The notes under the pieces: generated by a model
Seen by the model: the letters and a program-made list of their open reading frames with translations, nothing else
Told to the model about the DNA's origin: nothing
Database searches by the model: none
Assembly (NCBI GenBank): GCA_050084985.1
Contig: JBITNC010000001.1
Location: 43,152,001-43,216,000, forward strand
Direction of reading: 5' to 3'
Length of the DNA stretch: 64,000 nt
Origin: Nageia nagi
Lineage: Eukaryota; Plantae; Pinophyta
Shown: one piece after another, positions 53,794 through 64,000 of the stretch
Numbering within the stretch: the stretch's first letter is position 1
Layout of the letters: every line of letters begins with the position of its first letter
Translations under genes and position numbers: made by a program

Positions 53794-55486
53794 GAGGAAG
53801 AGGAAGAGGTCAAGATAGAAATTGTGAGCAGATATGATTTGATTTGAGTTCTTTGCGGTCTATTTATGTGTGGAGGGGTGCCTCTCAACAAGATGTCCAT
53901 TGAAGAGTTTATGTCTCTTCCCCAACATCTCATTAATGCAGGTAATGTGGACTGCCATTTTTGTAGGCTTGCTTTGTATACATGTGAGATGGTGTTTTGA
54001 TTTCCTTCAGGTTTTTGCAGGGTTATGGGCTTACAGATGAATTGCTTGCGCATGGTGATTACGGATGAATTATTTGTGCACTCCTTTTCAATTTGAAGGT
54101 GATGGTGCTCACCATTCTCCAGCCATGGCCTAGCCACCATTGCTACCAGGTATGCAATATCTTTCTCTTTTTGTTTATTTGTTTTGTCCTTGTTACTTGT
54201 CTCTGGCTTCCGTGTCACTTGGTTTTGAGAGTTTTATTAGTGTTGGTTTTAGTAGTTGGTTTTTCCTTTGTCCTTCCTTGTTCATTAGATGTGATAGGAG
54301 ACTTTACTTCACCGTTGCAATATGCTCGTAGCTGTATGCATAATCCCATCTTAACTCACAGTGATTTGAATATTTGTGTAATATTTTTTTGGTATGAGAA
54401 AAATACTTTTGATATGTTTAAAGAAATTATGAAACATATCAAATGATTAAACAAAAAGAAGTATCATAGATTGCACAGAATTCATGCTTTAGCAGGAAAT
54501 TTATAACCGTGCCTTACAAAGACTAAATACATGTGGTAATCAGTAGATATTATCGAACACCAAAGAGAGCAAAAAAAACTAGCTCAACATAGTAGATAAT
54601 AACAATACCCCACCAAATAAATGTGGTAATCAGTAGGGATTATCGAGACAACATAGTAGATAATAACAATATCCCACAACATTATGTAAGACTAGGCTGG
54701 TTTAGCAATAACCTATATGTAAAGAAGGAAAGATCCACTAGAAGATGCCAGAGAACCAATCGAATGAAAATAGAGGGACTATGGGCAAGTATACCAGTAA
54801 ACAGTTGGAAACTTTCTTCATAAAGATGATTTTAATAATTAATATCACAATTTTCAAATTCACATATTTTTAAATTTAGTTGAAATTTGCAAACTGTTGT
54901 GCTGGTTAGGTTGTCCTGGAAGACTTGCATCACCATATTATCGAATTCGTTTTTACGTTTGTTTGTTTTTGCCTAACTAGTTTAGCTTTATCTTCTAGTT
55001 TCTAATGCTCTTGTTGGGCTTGTACAATGTTTGTAACCAACTAATTTTTTATTTCCTCTTTGACTAATTTTATTTATCATTGTTCTTTGACTTTTTCACT
55101 ATCTTCATAAAAATAGTTAAGAAAAGAGGAAGTCCTCTTTTGTTTAAGTGATTTGTTTAGAATTCTTTTTCTTTTATAAGGAAAGATTTTAAATTGAAAA
55201 TCTGGTTTCCCTGTGTTGTTGGCTCCATACTTATTTTTCATTTGTGTCGTATCCATCTTTTGTCTCTTAAGATGTTGTACTTTTATTAAATGATTTTTTA
55301 CTACAATAACTAGGAGTTGCCTTAGCTCTTCCTTGATATCAAGAGTTATACTCTAGAGTTCATAGCTTTGCATGGTAGAGCTTTTGCTTACTCATGGTTA
55401 TGTGGAAGCCATGTCATAGTTTCTTATGCATACTATTCTGTTCTTGTCCTCAAAGCATATTATGACCAGGTACAACCCTTGCTTAC

Positions 55487-58035
55487 CTTGGCGCACCTTT
55501 GAAGACTTGTCAATGTTTGTATGATTTTGAGGGCTGTTGTGAATCTCTTGAATACATGTCGTCCTAGAAATAGGATTTTTGTATTCTCTTGGAATGGAAG
55601 GGGACTAGTTGGGATGTTGTATGGTTATGGCTATGGGGATATCTTCCCACTAAAGTTTAAACATAAAATTCAAATAAGAATGAAAGGGTAGCTAGAGAGC
55701 AGCAGGCCTTTCCCAACTTTAAACCTAAAATAAAGATCATTGTAGGAATTCTGGTATCTTATTTACTAATACTAGAATCTTGTATTCCCTAAATCTATAT
55801 CGTATATATCACAAAAGATATCTATGTTTAAACTAAAAATCCATGTATATTTGTAATGAAATAACCTTATTATCTATTTAGTTTTTTCTATTTCCTGAAA
55901 TTTGTATTTATCTCTATTTTTTGTTCACATACATCTCCAAATAATGCGAACAACTTGACAAGCCAAGTTATTTCTAGGAATTTTAAGGTGATCATGCATT
56001 ATCATGGCTTCTTCCATCATTAAATTTGTATGGAAGATCCAACATATTTTGCATGATCAAGGCATTGGTATCTCCCATGCAAATCATAAGTTTATTTGAT
56101 GTATTGAGTAAGCCAAAGCAATCAACCTCAATAAGTTCTATACAATCAAAACTCATAAATTGGAATCTAAATTGAACCAATGTAGAAAAAATTCTTTAAG
56201 TGGCAAGGTTATTTTTGAGTAAAAATAGCAAACCAATGCATTGGAACAGCAGAAGAATATCCATGCTATTGTCAAGAAATTAAATTCGTAAGCCACCCAA
56301 GCGAATAACCTTGAATTATTTATCACTATGTGGGTGTTCTCATTCATTATTTATCACTATCTGAGTGTTTTCATTCATTTTTTGGAGTCCGTTAGTACTT
56401 GCAATGAGCTCTTTGATCTTTTCTTTCAATCTAGCATTTTCTGCACAATACCAACCTACTATTTCCAACTGTGAGGCAATCACCATCTTCAAAGTGTCAA
56501 TCTCATTTCATAGCATTTGGATATTTCTGATTCAAAATACAATGCATTTTGTTTCTCTCATTCATTGACTTTTGCTTTGGATTATGGGTAACCAGCGCTT
56601 GTAGCCTTTCAGTTTTGTCTTCCAACAATTCTGCCTCTCATATTCACAAGATATAATTGAAGCATTAATATGCAACAATTTCTGTGTTAAAGGATTCTGC
56701 CTCAGTGCAAAGATCTAACAATTTATAGCTTAGTTATCTTCCTTTTTTAGTAATTTTTTGTATCTTAGTTTGTATGTCTTCGACTTTACTTTGTATGTTT
56801 CTTGTCAACTATTGAAGCATTATATGCAACAATTTCCGCGTCAAAGGACTCCGCCTGAGTGCAAAGATCTTACAACTTATGGCTTAGTTCTCTTCCTTTT
56901 TTAGTAATCTTTTGTATCTTAGTTTGCATGTCTTCGAATTTACTTTGTATGTTTCTTGTCAACTTATTCCTTATGCCCTCATCTTTTTTGATTTTATCAA
57001 GTGAATTTTGGTTCGTTTCATTGAATTCCGGTAACCAGTGCTTGCAGCCTTTCGATTTTGTTTTCCAACAATTCTCCCTCTCATATTCACTAGATACAAT
57101 TGAAGCATTATATGCAACAATTTCCGTGTTAAAGGATTCCACCTCGTGCAAAGATCTAACAACTTATAGCTTAGTTCTCTTCCTTTTTTAGTAATTTTTT
57201 TTATCTTAGTTTGCATGTCTTAGAATTTACTTTGTATGTTTCTTTTGTCAACTATTTAAGCATTATATGCAACAATTTCTGCATTAAAGGATTGCACCTC
57301 AATGCAAAGATCTAAGAACTTATCTATTAGTTCTCTTCCTTTTTTAGTAATCTTTTGTATCTTAGTTTGCATGTCTTCGAATTTACTTTGTATGTTTCTT
57401 GTCAACTTATACCTTATGCCCTCATCCTTTTTGATTTTATCAAGTGAATTTTGGTTCGTTTCATTGAAATTCCGATAACCAGCGCTTACAGCCTTTCGGT
57501 TTTGTTTCCAACAATTGTCCCTCTCATATTCACTAGATACAATTGAAGCATTATATGCAACAATTTCCGTGTTAAAGGATTCCGCCTTAGTGCAAAGATC
57601 TAACAACTTATAGCTTAGTTCTCCTCCTTTTTTAGTAATTTTTTGTATCTTAGTTTGCATGTCTTTGACTTTACTTTGTATGTTTCTTTTGTCAACTATT
57701 GAAGCATTATATGCAACAATTTCCGTGTTAAAGGATTCCACCTCAATGCAAAGATCTAACAACTTATGGCTTAGTTCTCTTCCTTTTTTAGTAATATTTT
57801 GTATCTTAGTTTGCATGTCTTCAAATTTACTTTGTATGTTTCTTGTCAACTTATTCCTTGTGCCCTCAATTTTTCAATTTTATCAAGTGAATTTCGGTTC
57901 ATTTCATTGAATTTCTTCATCTTGTTTTCTAACTCGGCCATATCCGTTTTCAATCTACAAGTAATTTTAGCATTTTGCATTTGTATTTCTGGAATGTTTC
58001 CCTGAGGGTTGCTCATGGCAGTTGATAAAATTTTA
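55487..58035. repeat. Segment B1
   Basis: Paralog of 28985-31566; continues into unique sequence. Confidence 0.95.
56380..58016 (-). pseudogene. Orphan coiled-coil ORF with internal repeats, copy 2 (frameshifted)
   Basis: GCC-ATG-AGC start at 58016 (frame open to 58124); (module-module-tail)x3; C-terminal EIDTLKMVIASQLEIVGWYCAENARLKEKIKELIASTNGLQK. Confidence 0.65.
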
Positions 58036-58800
58036 TTGTTGGTATCCAAAGCTTTTTGAAGATGAATCTTTGTATTAATCTCCTCTTGATCCCTTCTTCC
58101 TCCTAAATCTTGATCAAGAAGCATAGTCCTTGTTGCTTTCCAAGATTTAGATGACTATGTACACCCACTCTAGACTTCTTCCATCAATTCTGAAACCCTT
58201 AGGTTTAGGATATTATTTTGTGACACGAGTGTGTGGCATTCTTCTTCCTTTCTTTCAATTTATTTTTGATATTTTATCACCTACGTATTTTCTTCACTCA
58301 GCTGTGAGACTTTTGCAGGGTTTTTATTAGTGTATTCTCTTAGCTTATTAATAACTCTATCCTTTCTGCCCTCAATCTAGACATTACTATTTCATATTGT
58401 CCAGTAATAGTATAGAGATGAATTGGTGTAATTCTTTTCAGAAGATAATAAAATCTCGTTCTCATATTGCAACGCTTCTACTACAATATTTATTTGGGCA
58501 TAATTTATGATAAATACTTATAGTAGACTTTGCCGAAGCTTTTACTCCCAAGCGAAGAAAGCATGATGCTATCAACCCTGTAAGAGATAGCATGGATATT
58601 AGTTGATTTTAATATTTTGTTTTATTAGTAGTCTAAACAATGTCTCTAATGGTCTCATAGATGCCAGGATAGAAAATAGACTTTTGACTCTTTGGTGAAA
58701 TTTTGTAATTATTCTGCATTTGAAACTCCCTCTTTGTAGAACGTGATATATGCATTTAGAAATATTTGTTGTGTACTCTTTCTAAAATTGCTTTCCCTGT

Positions 58801-58907
58801 TATAACTCCCTTGGTAGTATTCGCTGCTCTCGTGGCTCTCTCTGACACATGGGGGAATGAACAGATGGAGGAGGATGAAGAAAGCCTAGCAAGAATGACC
58901 TAATAAG
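58801..58907 (+). other. Unidentified decayed exon-like island
   Basis: YNSLGSIRCSRGSL*HMGE*TDGGG*RKPSKNDLIR|GTACGT. All three stops are TGA (compatible with CGA deamination); GC-richer than flanks. Confidence 0.45.
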
Positions 58908-60401
58908 GTACGTTAAATTCTCTACAATATTTTTTCATTTTATATTCTCTGTGACACATTTGTTAGTAGGTCACTAAGCTTTTTTATTACATTTGTGAAA
59001 TGTTGTATTAAGACTTTCTTTGTGATGATTCATTGGCTTTTTTTTTTACAAAAGCCTCTAGAAGCTAATCAAATATTATATTGAAATGCAGAAAGAAACA
59101 GTTGGTTGTGTGAAATATTTTGATGTTTTAATTGTTTGTTTGTATCAACTATTTCTACCTTGCTCTTACAGGATATCATTTACTAATTTTTTCTTTCTAT
59201 ATTTGATATAAACCCTTACATGCATAAATTCTCCTTAAATGACTTATTGTTTCACCCTTAATCTGTGAGATAAGAAGTAGAATTGTCAAAATTATTTTGG
59301 AGGGAATTGTTGGTAGGAATCAGTATTAGGGATCATTGATTCACTACAATTTCTCATTGGTTTAGCTTAAATTTAATACTCTCAAGCCTAAGCTTGAACG
59401 TTGAGTCTTTGAACACAGGGCCTAAGCCTGAATGGTTGAGCTTGAAGCTACTATGTTAATTTACAGTCACACTACCTTTGCTACTGTATCTACGTGTTGA
59501 TTTATACTTTACACTTTACTATCATCATCTTTATTACTAACCATTTATTACTAACCATTAAAGTCTGCATTGATGTTAAAAATATTTAAACTATTTTATG
59601 GTTTGAATCTAAGAAATTTCAATCTCAGAATCATCAAAGTTTGTTAGGCCAAAAATCCTCAGTGCTTCATTGGGTCTGGATATCCACATAGCTTCTGAAT
59701 CTCATGATGAATGCTTTATGCTATATGATATTTGGAAAAAATATATTTTTGAATATGAAATGTACAGTCCTTCAACAAGGATTGAACAGAATCCTGGAAA
59801 CTATGATTTGGTTAAAAAAGCCTATTAGAATAGTCATTCCAATATGAAACATAATGTGTTTATTACTATGTGAGAAATTGAGCTAGAAGTTGAGCATGTT
59901 TTTCATACGTGATCACATACAATCTCAACTAAGAGCCTAAGAGTAAGAGTAAGACAACTTGGCAAGCCCATTTTTCATATGTGATCAATATCATTATTTC
60001 ATAGGTGAGTTTTCAAACTCGACTCAATCAATACCATTATTTAATACGTGAATTTTCAAAATATGTTGATCCTTGGAGTAGCACTCATTTAGCATAATCA
60101 AAATGGCAGTAGGTATACTCTTTTATAGGAGTCTTAAAGGGAGTCACCCTTCCAAACAAGAAGCTGACTGACATCATGCTAGGTGTGCTAAGGATAATTC
60201 AAGGTGGAGGAAGCTGAATCTTCCATTGTTCGTGTTCTTCCATAGTACAAAAGTTACACTTGAAGGCTTTTCCTTATTGTATACTGTCTATTACACAGAT
60301 TGGTCTTGGAATGTTCAAGTTATTTCAAGTGACTAATTATTATGTTTTTTGAAAAAGCCCTTTACACATCCACTTTTCACCAAAGCTAAAACATTGAAGC
60401 A

Positions 60402-62175
60402 TATTGAGTATGGAAGTCTATCAGATGCTATTATTAAAAATCCACTCTTCTAGTAATGTTTTTTTTTTTAATTTCCTAAAACATAGCAGTGGAGTGTCTA
60501 TATATTTTGAGTATGGAAGTCCATCAGATGCTATTATTAAAAATTCACTCTTCCAATAATGGTTTTTTTTTTTTTAATTTCCTAAAACATAGCAGTGTTA
60601 CCTCCTTTTCATCCAACAAAAGGTAAGTTATCATGTGTCTTCTTTCCATTCTTGATAACAAAATTTTCTTTAGTCAGAGCCTTTGAAATAATAGACAACA
60701 AAAAAGATGGGCCAAAATTCATCTTTTCAGAAAGAGGAATACCAAAAGTAATTATTGCAGAACATAGGTATATATAAGCAGCTTATACACCGTGGAAAAG
60801 TGATAAAACTACCATTGTCCACAAAGGATTATCAAAAGCATTAGGGAATAAGGTCCAACATTTATGAGAATGGAAACCAAGCGGTTCATTGGGTCTTAGC
60901 ACCCCCAACTCGCAAGAGAAATTAATGGTAGTAGATAGAATCAAAATTTTTGGATGTTAGATTGGGATTCAGGGATTGGTTATTAGATCATTTCGTTACA
61001 TCATTCGACGATCAACCGATACAAGGTCAGAGATAGAAACTCATTAAGGTCATTATATCATTCCACTACATCATTCGACACTTACAAGGCCAGAAATAGA
61101 AACTCATTAAGACCATGAGCAGACTATATGGTTCCATCCATTTTAGGGCAAGTTATTAGAAGATCGCTTTCAACCTCTTGGACTAGAAGAAATTTCAGAA
61201 CATAATCAAAAATTTTATATATTGTACAGTAATATATACTTTTTCATCCAATAAGATAATTTATTAACTTGTTTATACATTTTTCAAAATTTTGGGTGAT
61301 GATAGAAAAGAAAAGGCCATATGGGTAAAGAATTATGTAGCTTAATTCTTATAATTTTGTTATTTTCGAACATAATCTAAAATTTTATGTAGAGTTGTAC
61401 AGTAAGAAATACTTTTTCATCCAATAAGATAATTTATTTACTTGTTGATTTATACAATTTTTAAAATTTCAAAATTTTGGGTGATGATAAAAAAGAAAAG
61501 GCCATACGGGTAAAGAATGACATAGCTTAATTCTTATAATTTTGATTTATTATGCTGTGTTCTTCTTTAAATTTTTTACTTCACACTAACCTCTTTTTCG
61601 AAATACTTTAGTTTTGTAGATCCACTTTGATTTATTTATTTTGTCTATACAAATATTCCTCTTCATCACTATCATGAGTCTGTGAAAATTGACTATGCAA
61701 TGCCCTTTCCCATTAGACTATAGACTATTTTACATTCTTGGAGATATGTTGCTGCCATTAGCATAACACTTAAATATGCTAGTATCTTATTGATCCTGCT
61801 TTTATAATAAATCATGTTTTTACCTTCATGACCCCCTTAATTGCATGGTGAAATTCTGGGTGGCTCTTGGTTGATTATGATGATTAAAAAAAAGGCCATA
61901 TGGGTAAAGAATGACATAGCCTAATTCACACTAATCTTTTTGTCCAAATACTTTAGTTTTGCAGATCCACTTTGATTTATTTATTTTGTCTATACAAATA
62001 TTCCTCTTCATCACGAGTCTGTGACAATTGACTATGCAATGCCCTTTCCCATTAGCATAACATTTAAATATGTTAGTATCTTATGAGTCCTGCATTCATA
62101 ATAAATCATATTTTTACCTTAATGACCCCCTTAATTGCATGGTGCCCTTTTGGGTGGCTCTTGGTTGATTATGGA
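60402..62175. repeat. Cluster of local tandem duplications (~100, ~60, ~170 and ~300-390 bp)
   Basis: 60402/60505, 60990/61055, 61195/61368 and 61490/61887 pairs visible directly. Confidence 0.85.
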
Positions 62176-63329
62176 TTCTTACAATTTATCTTTTATTTAA
62201 AAGAGGATTTCACACACCCAATAAGGAAAACCTCTTTATTTTTTCTGAAAGGACAAAGCTTTTTGAGAGAGAATTTGCCATGCTTACTGAAGATAAATTT
62301 CACTTATTCAGAAAATATGCTATATTATTATTTATTGGTCCTCAAGGACATGTGCTTTCTCTTCTCTTATTTCTCAATTCTGAATATAAAGAATTTAAAG
62401 CCCCTTTACATTTTCAATGAGTAATAATATAAGTAGCATTTTCCATAAAAAGTATCATCAGAATAGTTTTAATTCTTATCAGACTGGGTAAGAATGTGGA
62501 GAATTTTAAACCTTTTGGATTAGTGTTACAAAATCCTTATCCTTAGCAAATTAAGGATGAAATTACAATTTTGCTGCTAATTGAGCATGCATGATAGCTA
62601 AAATGAATAATGATATAAGAAGATTAGCCTTTTGTGTCAGAAGTCAGAACATATGATAGAATTTGTTCCTGTGTTGCATCATCAGTTATATTACAGCATA
62701 CTCATGAAACATCTTCACAAAATTCCTTAATAGTAAATGATGAATTTATACATAAGCATTCACCCATCCTTCTGAATATTCAATGACAAACAGATACCCA
62801 TCATGCTCACAAAAAAACTTGATAACATTTCTTACATTTTAAAAATAATATATGTATGTATTACCTTGGTGTGTATTTACAGGACATGATTATTTTATCA
62901 AGGTGCGACTGTCAAGTCATTTGTTACAACTCTTATTAGTTGATACATTCAATTGTTGTTCAGCAGTCTTTGAATTTTTAAGATTTACTTAACAACAAAT
63001 ATGTCCTCAATTCCTTTCTTTGATATGTTAATGGATTCTAGAATTTTGAATATTGGCGTACCAATTCTCCTGTTATACACTGAATTTTCTACTGACTGTT
63101 AAAGCATAAGTATTTGAAATTGTCATTTATTTACAGATATTTATCATTTCTTCCTTTTATGAATGATTATATTCTCTCTGAAAAACTTTATGATCTTAAA
63201 TTTTGACATGAATTATGTTTGTGTCCATTCATTCAACACTATACATTTTTAGCATGTGTTCATTTGTAAGGAATGCTTATAGTATTAATCTATGAATGTA
63301 TAATTATCTTCTACCACATTGGAATAAAG

Positions 63330-64000
63330 GGATATAATGCTCTCAAGGACTATTTTCCAACTATAGGGATGTTACCAAATCCTCAATGTTCAAATTCTGC
63401 TTGTCAAGAGCGTAGTTATATCCTTTTTTCTTCTATTTGGAAGAGTGAGTTTCAGGTCAGTACATATTTGAAATCGGCAATAAACTATTTATTCTTTCCC
63501 TTGAATAACAAGATATTAGCTATGAATTGCTAAAATTAATTAAATATAAATATGGACTTTTGTATTGCATTACAGCAAGAATATAGTTACCAATGAAACC
63601 TTAAGTACTTACCATTCCTTCTTGAATTTATTGTGGACCCACTTCATGTGAGTTTTTTTCTTTGACAAAATTTGTTAGTCTAAGAGATTTGGTCTTCAAA
63701 TGAACTTGATTGCCTAAAATTCCCCTCACCCTTGGAACTTTGTTGTCCTGAAATAGGAAAGCTTTATTTGGAGAAAGGCAAAAGCACATGTCATAGGTAT
63801 GTTGTCAGGATCTGATTAATTTCAGATTGATTTGCATGTCTCATGTGTGTTTCTAAAATCTAATAGTTATTTTTTCTCATCTGATCACTTCAATACATAT
63901 AGTTATCTTGTAAGTAATTATGCATTATAAGTATCTGATTTCGCTCTCCATAATACAGTGTTCTTGATGATGACAAATTGGAGGTCACAAACAACCGGTC
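63330..64000 (+). pseudogene. UBA5: UBA5 (UFM1-activating E1) 3' gene fragment with introns
   Basis: AG|GYNALKDYFPTIGMLPNPQCSNSACQER (63330-63414) matches the UBA5 motif GYNxLxDFFPTMxMxPNPQC. The next acceptor TTACAG|QEY is at 63576 and soon hits a stop. A possible later exon (S)VLDDDKLEVTNNR starts at 63959. Confidence 0.85.

Larger units (their letters stand above)
32046..55486 (+). repeat. Tandem macrosatellite: partial unit plus 10 full ~2.2-kb units
   Basis: Unit starts (GCTTAC|ATGGAGATAGG) at 33289, 35486, 37680, 39871, 42071, 44270, 46462, 48660, 50859 and 53058. Periods are 2191-2200 bp; the last is 2429 bp. Confidence 0.98.

Noticed and set aside
32432-54823. Recurrent ORF-track calls (66, 81, 116, 140 and 63 aa) as a tandem gene family
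   Set aside because: They run through introns or antisense to the real fragments, many begin at non-ATG codons, and their conservation only reflects recent duplication.
32046-55486. rDNA, snRNA, tRNA or CRISPR array
   Set aside because: No recognisable 5S/45S, snRNA or tRNA sequence; no short repeat with unique spacers; eukaryotic context.
58040-58053. TGGTATCCAAAGCT as a tRNA-Met PBS (retroelement or pararetrovirus)
   Set aside because: It has an insertion, no LTR end before it and no gag/RT/MP downstream.
58165-58210. Telo-box-like AAACCCTTAGGTTTAGG and minus-strand GFRIDGRSL (exosome-subunit-like)
   Set aside because: Both are too short and do not extend.

Overview
AT-rich plant nuclear DNA, probably from a gymnosperm (inferred from the style of the PPR relic and the heavy CG/CHG decay). 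There is no intact host gene. (1) 1-26 kb is decayed retrotransposon sequence. A Ty3/Gypsy Tat/Ogre-type element with an extra RNase H and a full-length Ty1/Copia element (LTRs 7097-7600 and 15062-15564, TSD GGATA) are both nested in an older Copia of the same family. This part also holds a ~185-bp tandem repeat, a PLS-PPR pseudogene and further LTR debris. (2) 26.8-58.0 kb is a duplicated cassette A+B. Segment A (~2.2 kb) occurs as a progenitor-like copy, a partial copy and 10 near-identical head-to-tail units. The ORF-track calls in A are shadow frames. Read with splice sites, A is a mosaic of intron-bearing fragments of unrelated host genes. A CpG-retaining promoter-like block with MSA (MYB3R) motifs and a G-box comes first. 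It is followed by a 4CL-like acyl-CoA ligase piece (CGGAPLSK..Q|intron|GYGLT) fused directly to a TIR1/AFB exon-1 piece (RMVITDE..SFSNLKVLVLT..FSTHGLATIAAR|GT), and then several unidentified exons. Segment B carries a convergent, internally triplicated orphan coiled-coil ORF. (3) 58-64 kb has more isolated exon-like islands, ending in a UBA5 fragment. Best model (inference): a gene-capturing Pack-MULE/Helitron-like element whose chimeric cargo and promoter were recently amplified into a macrosatellite with incipient three-unit higher-order structure.
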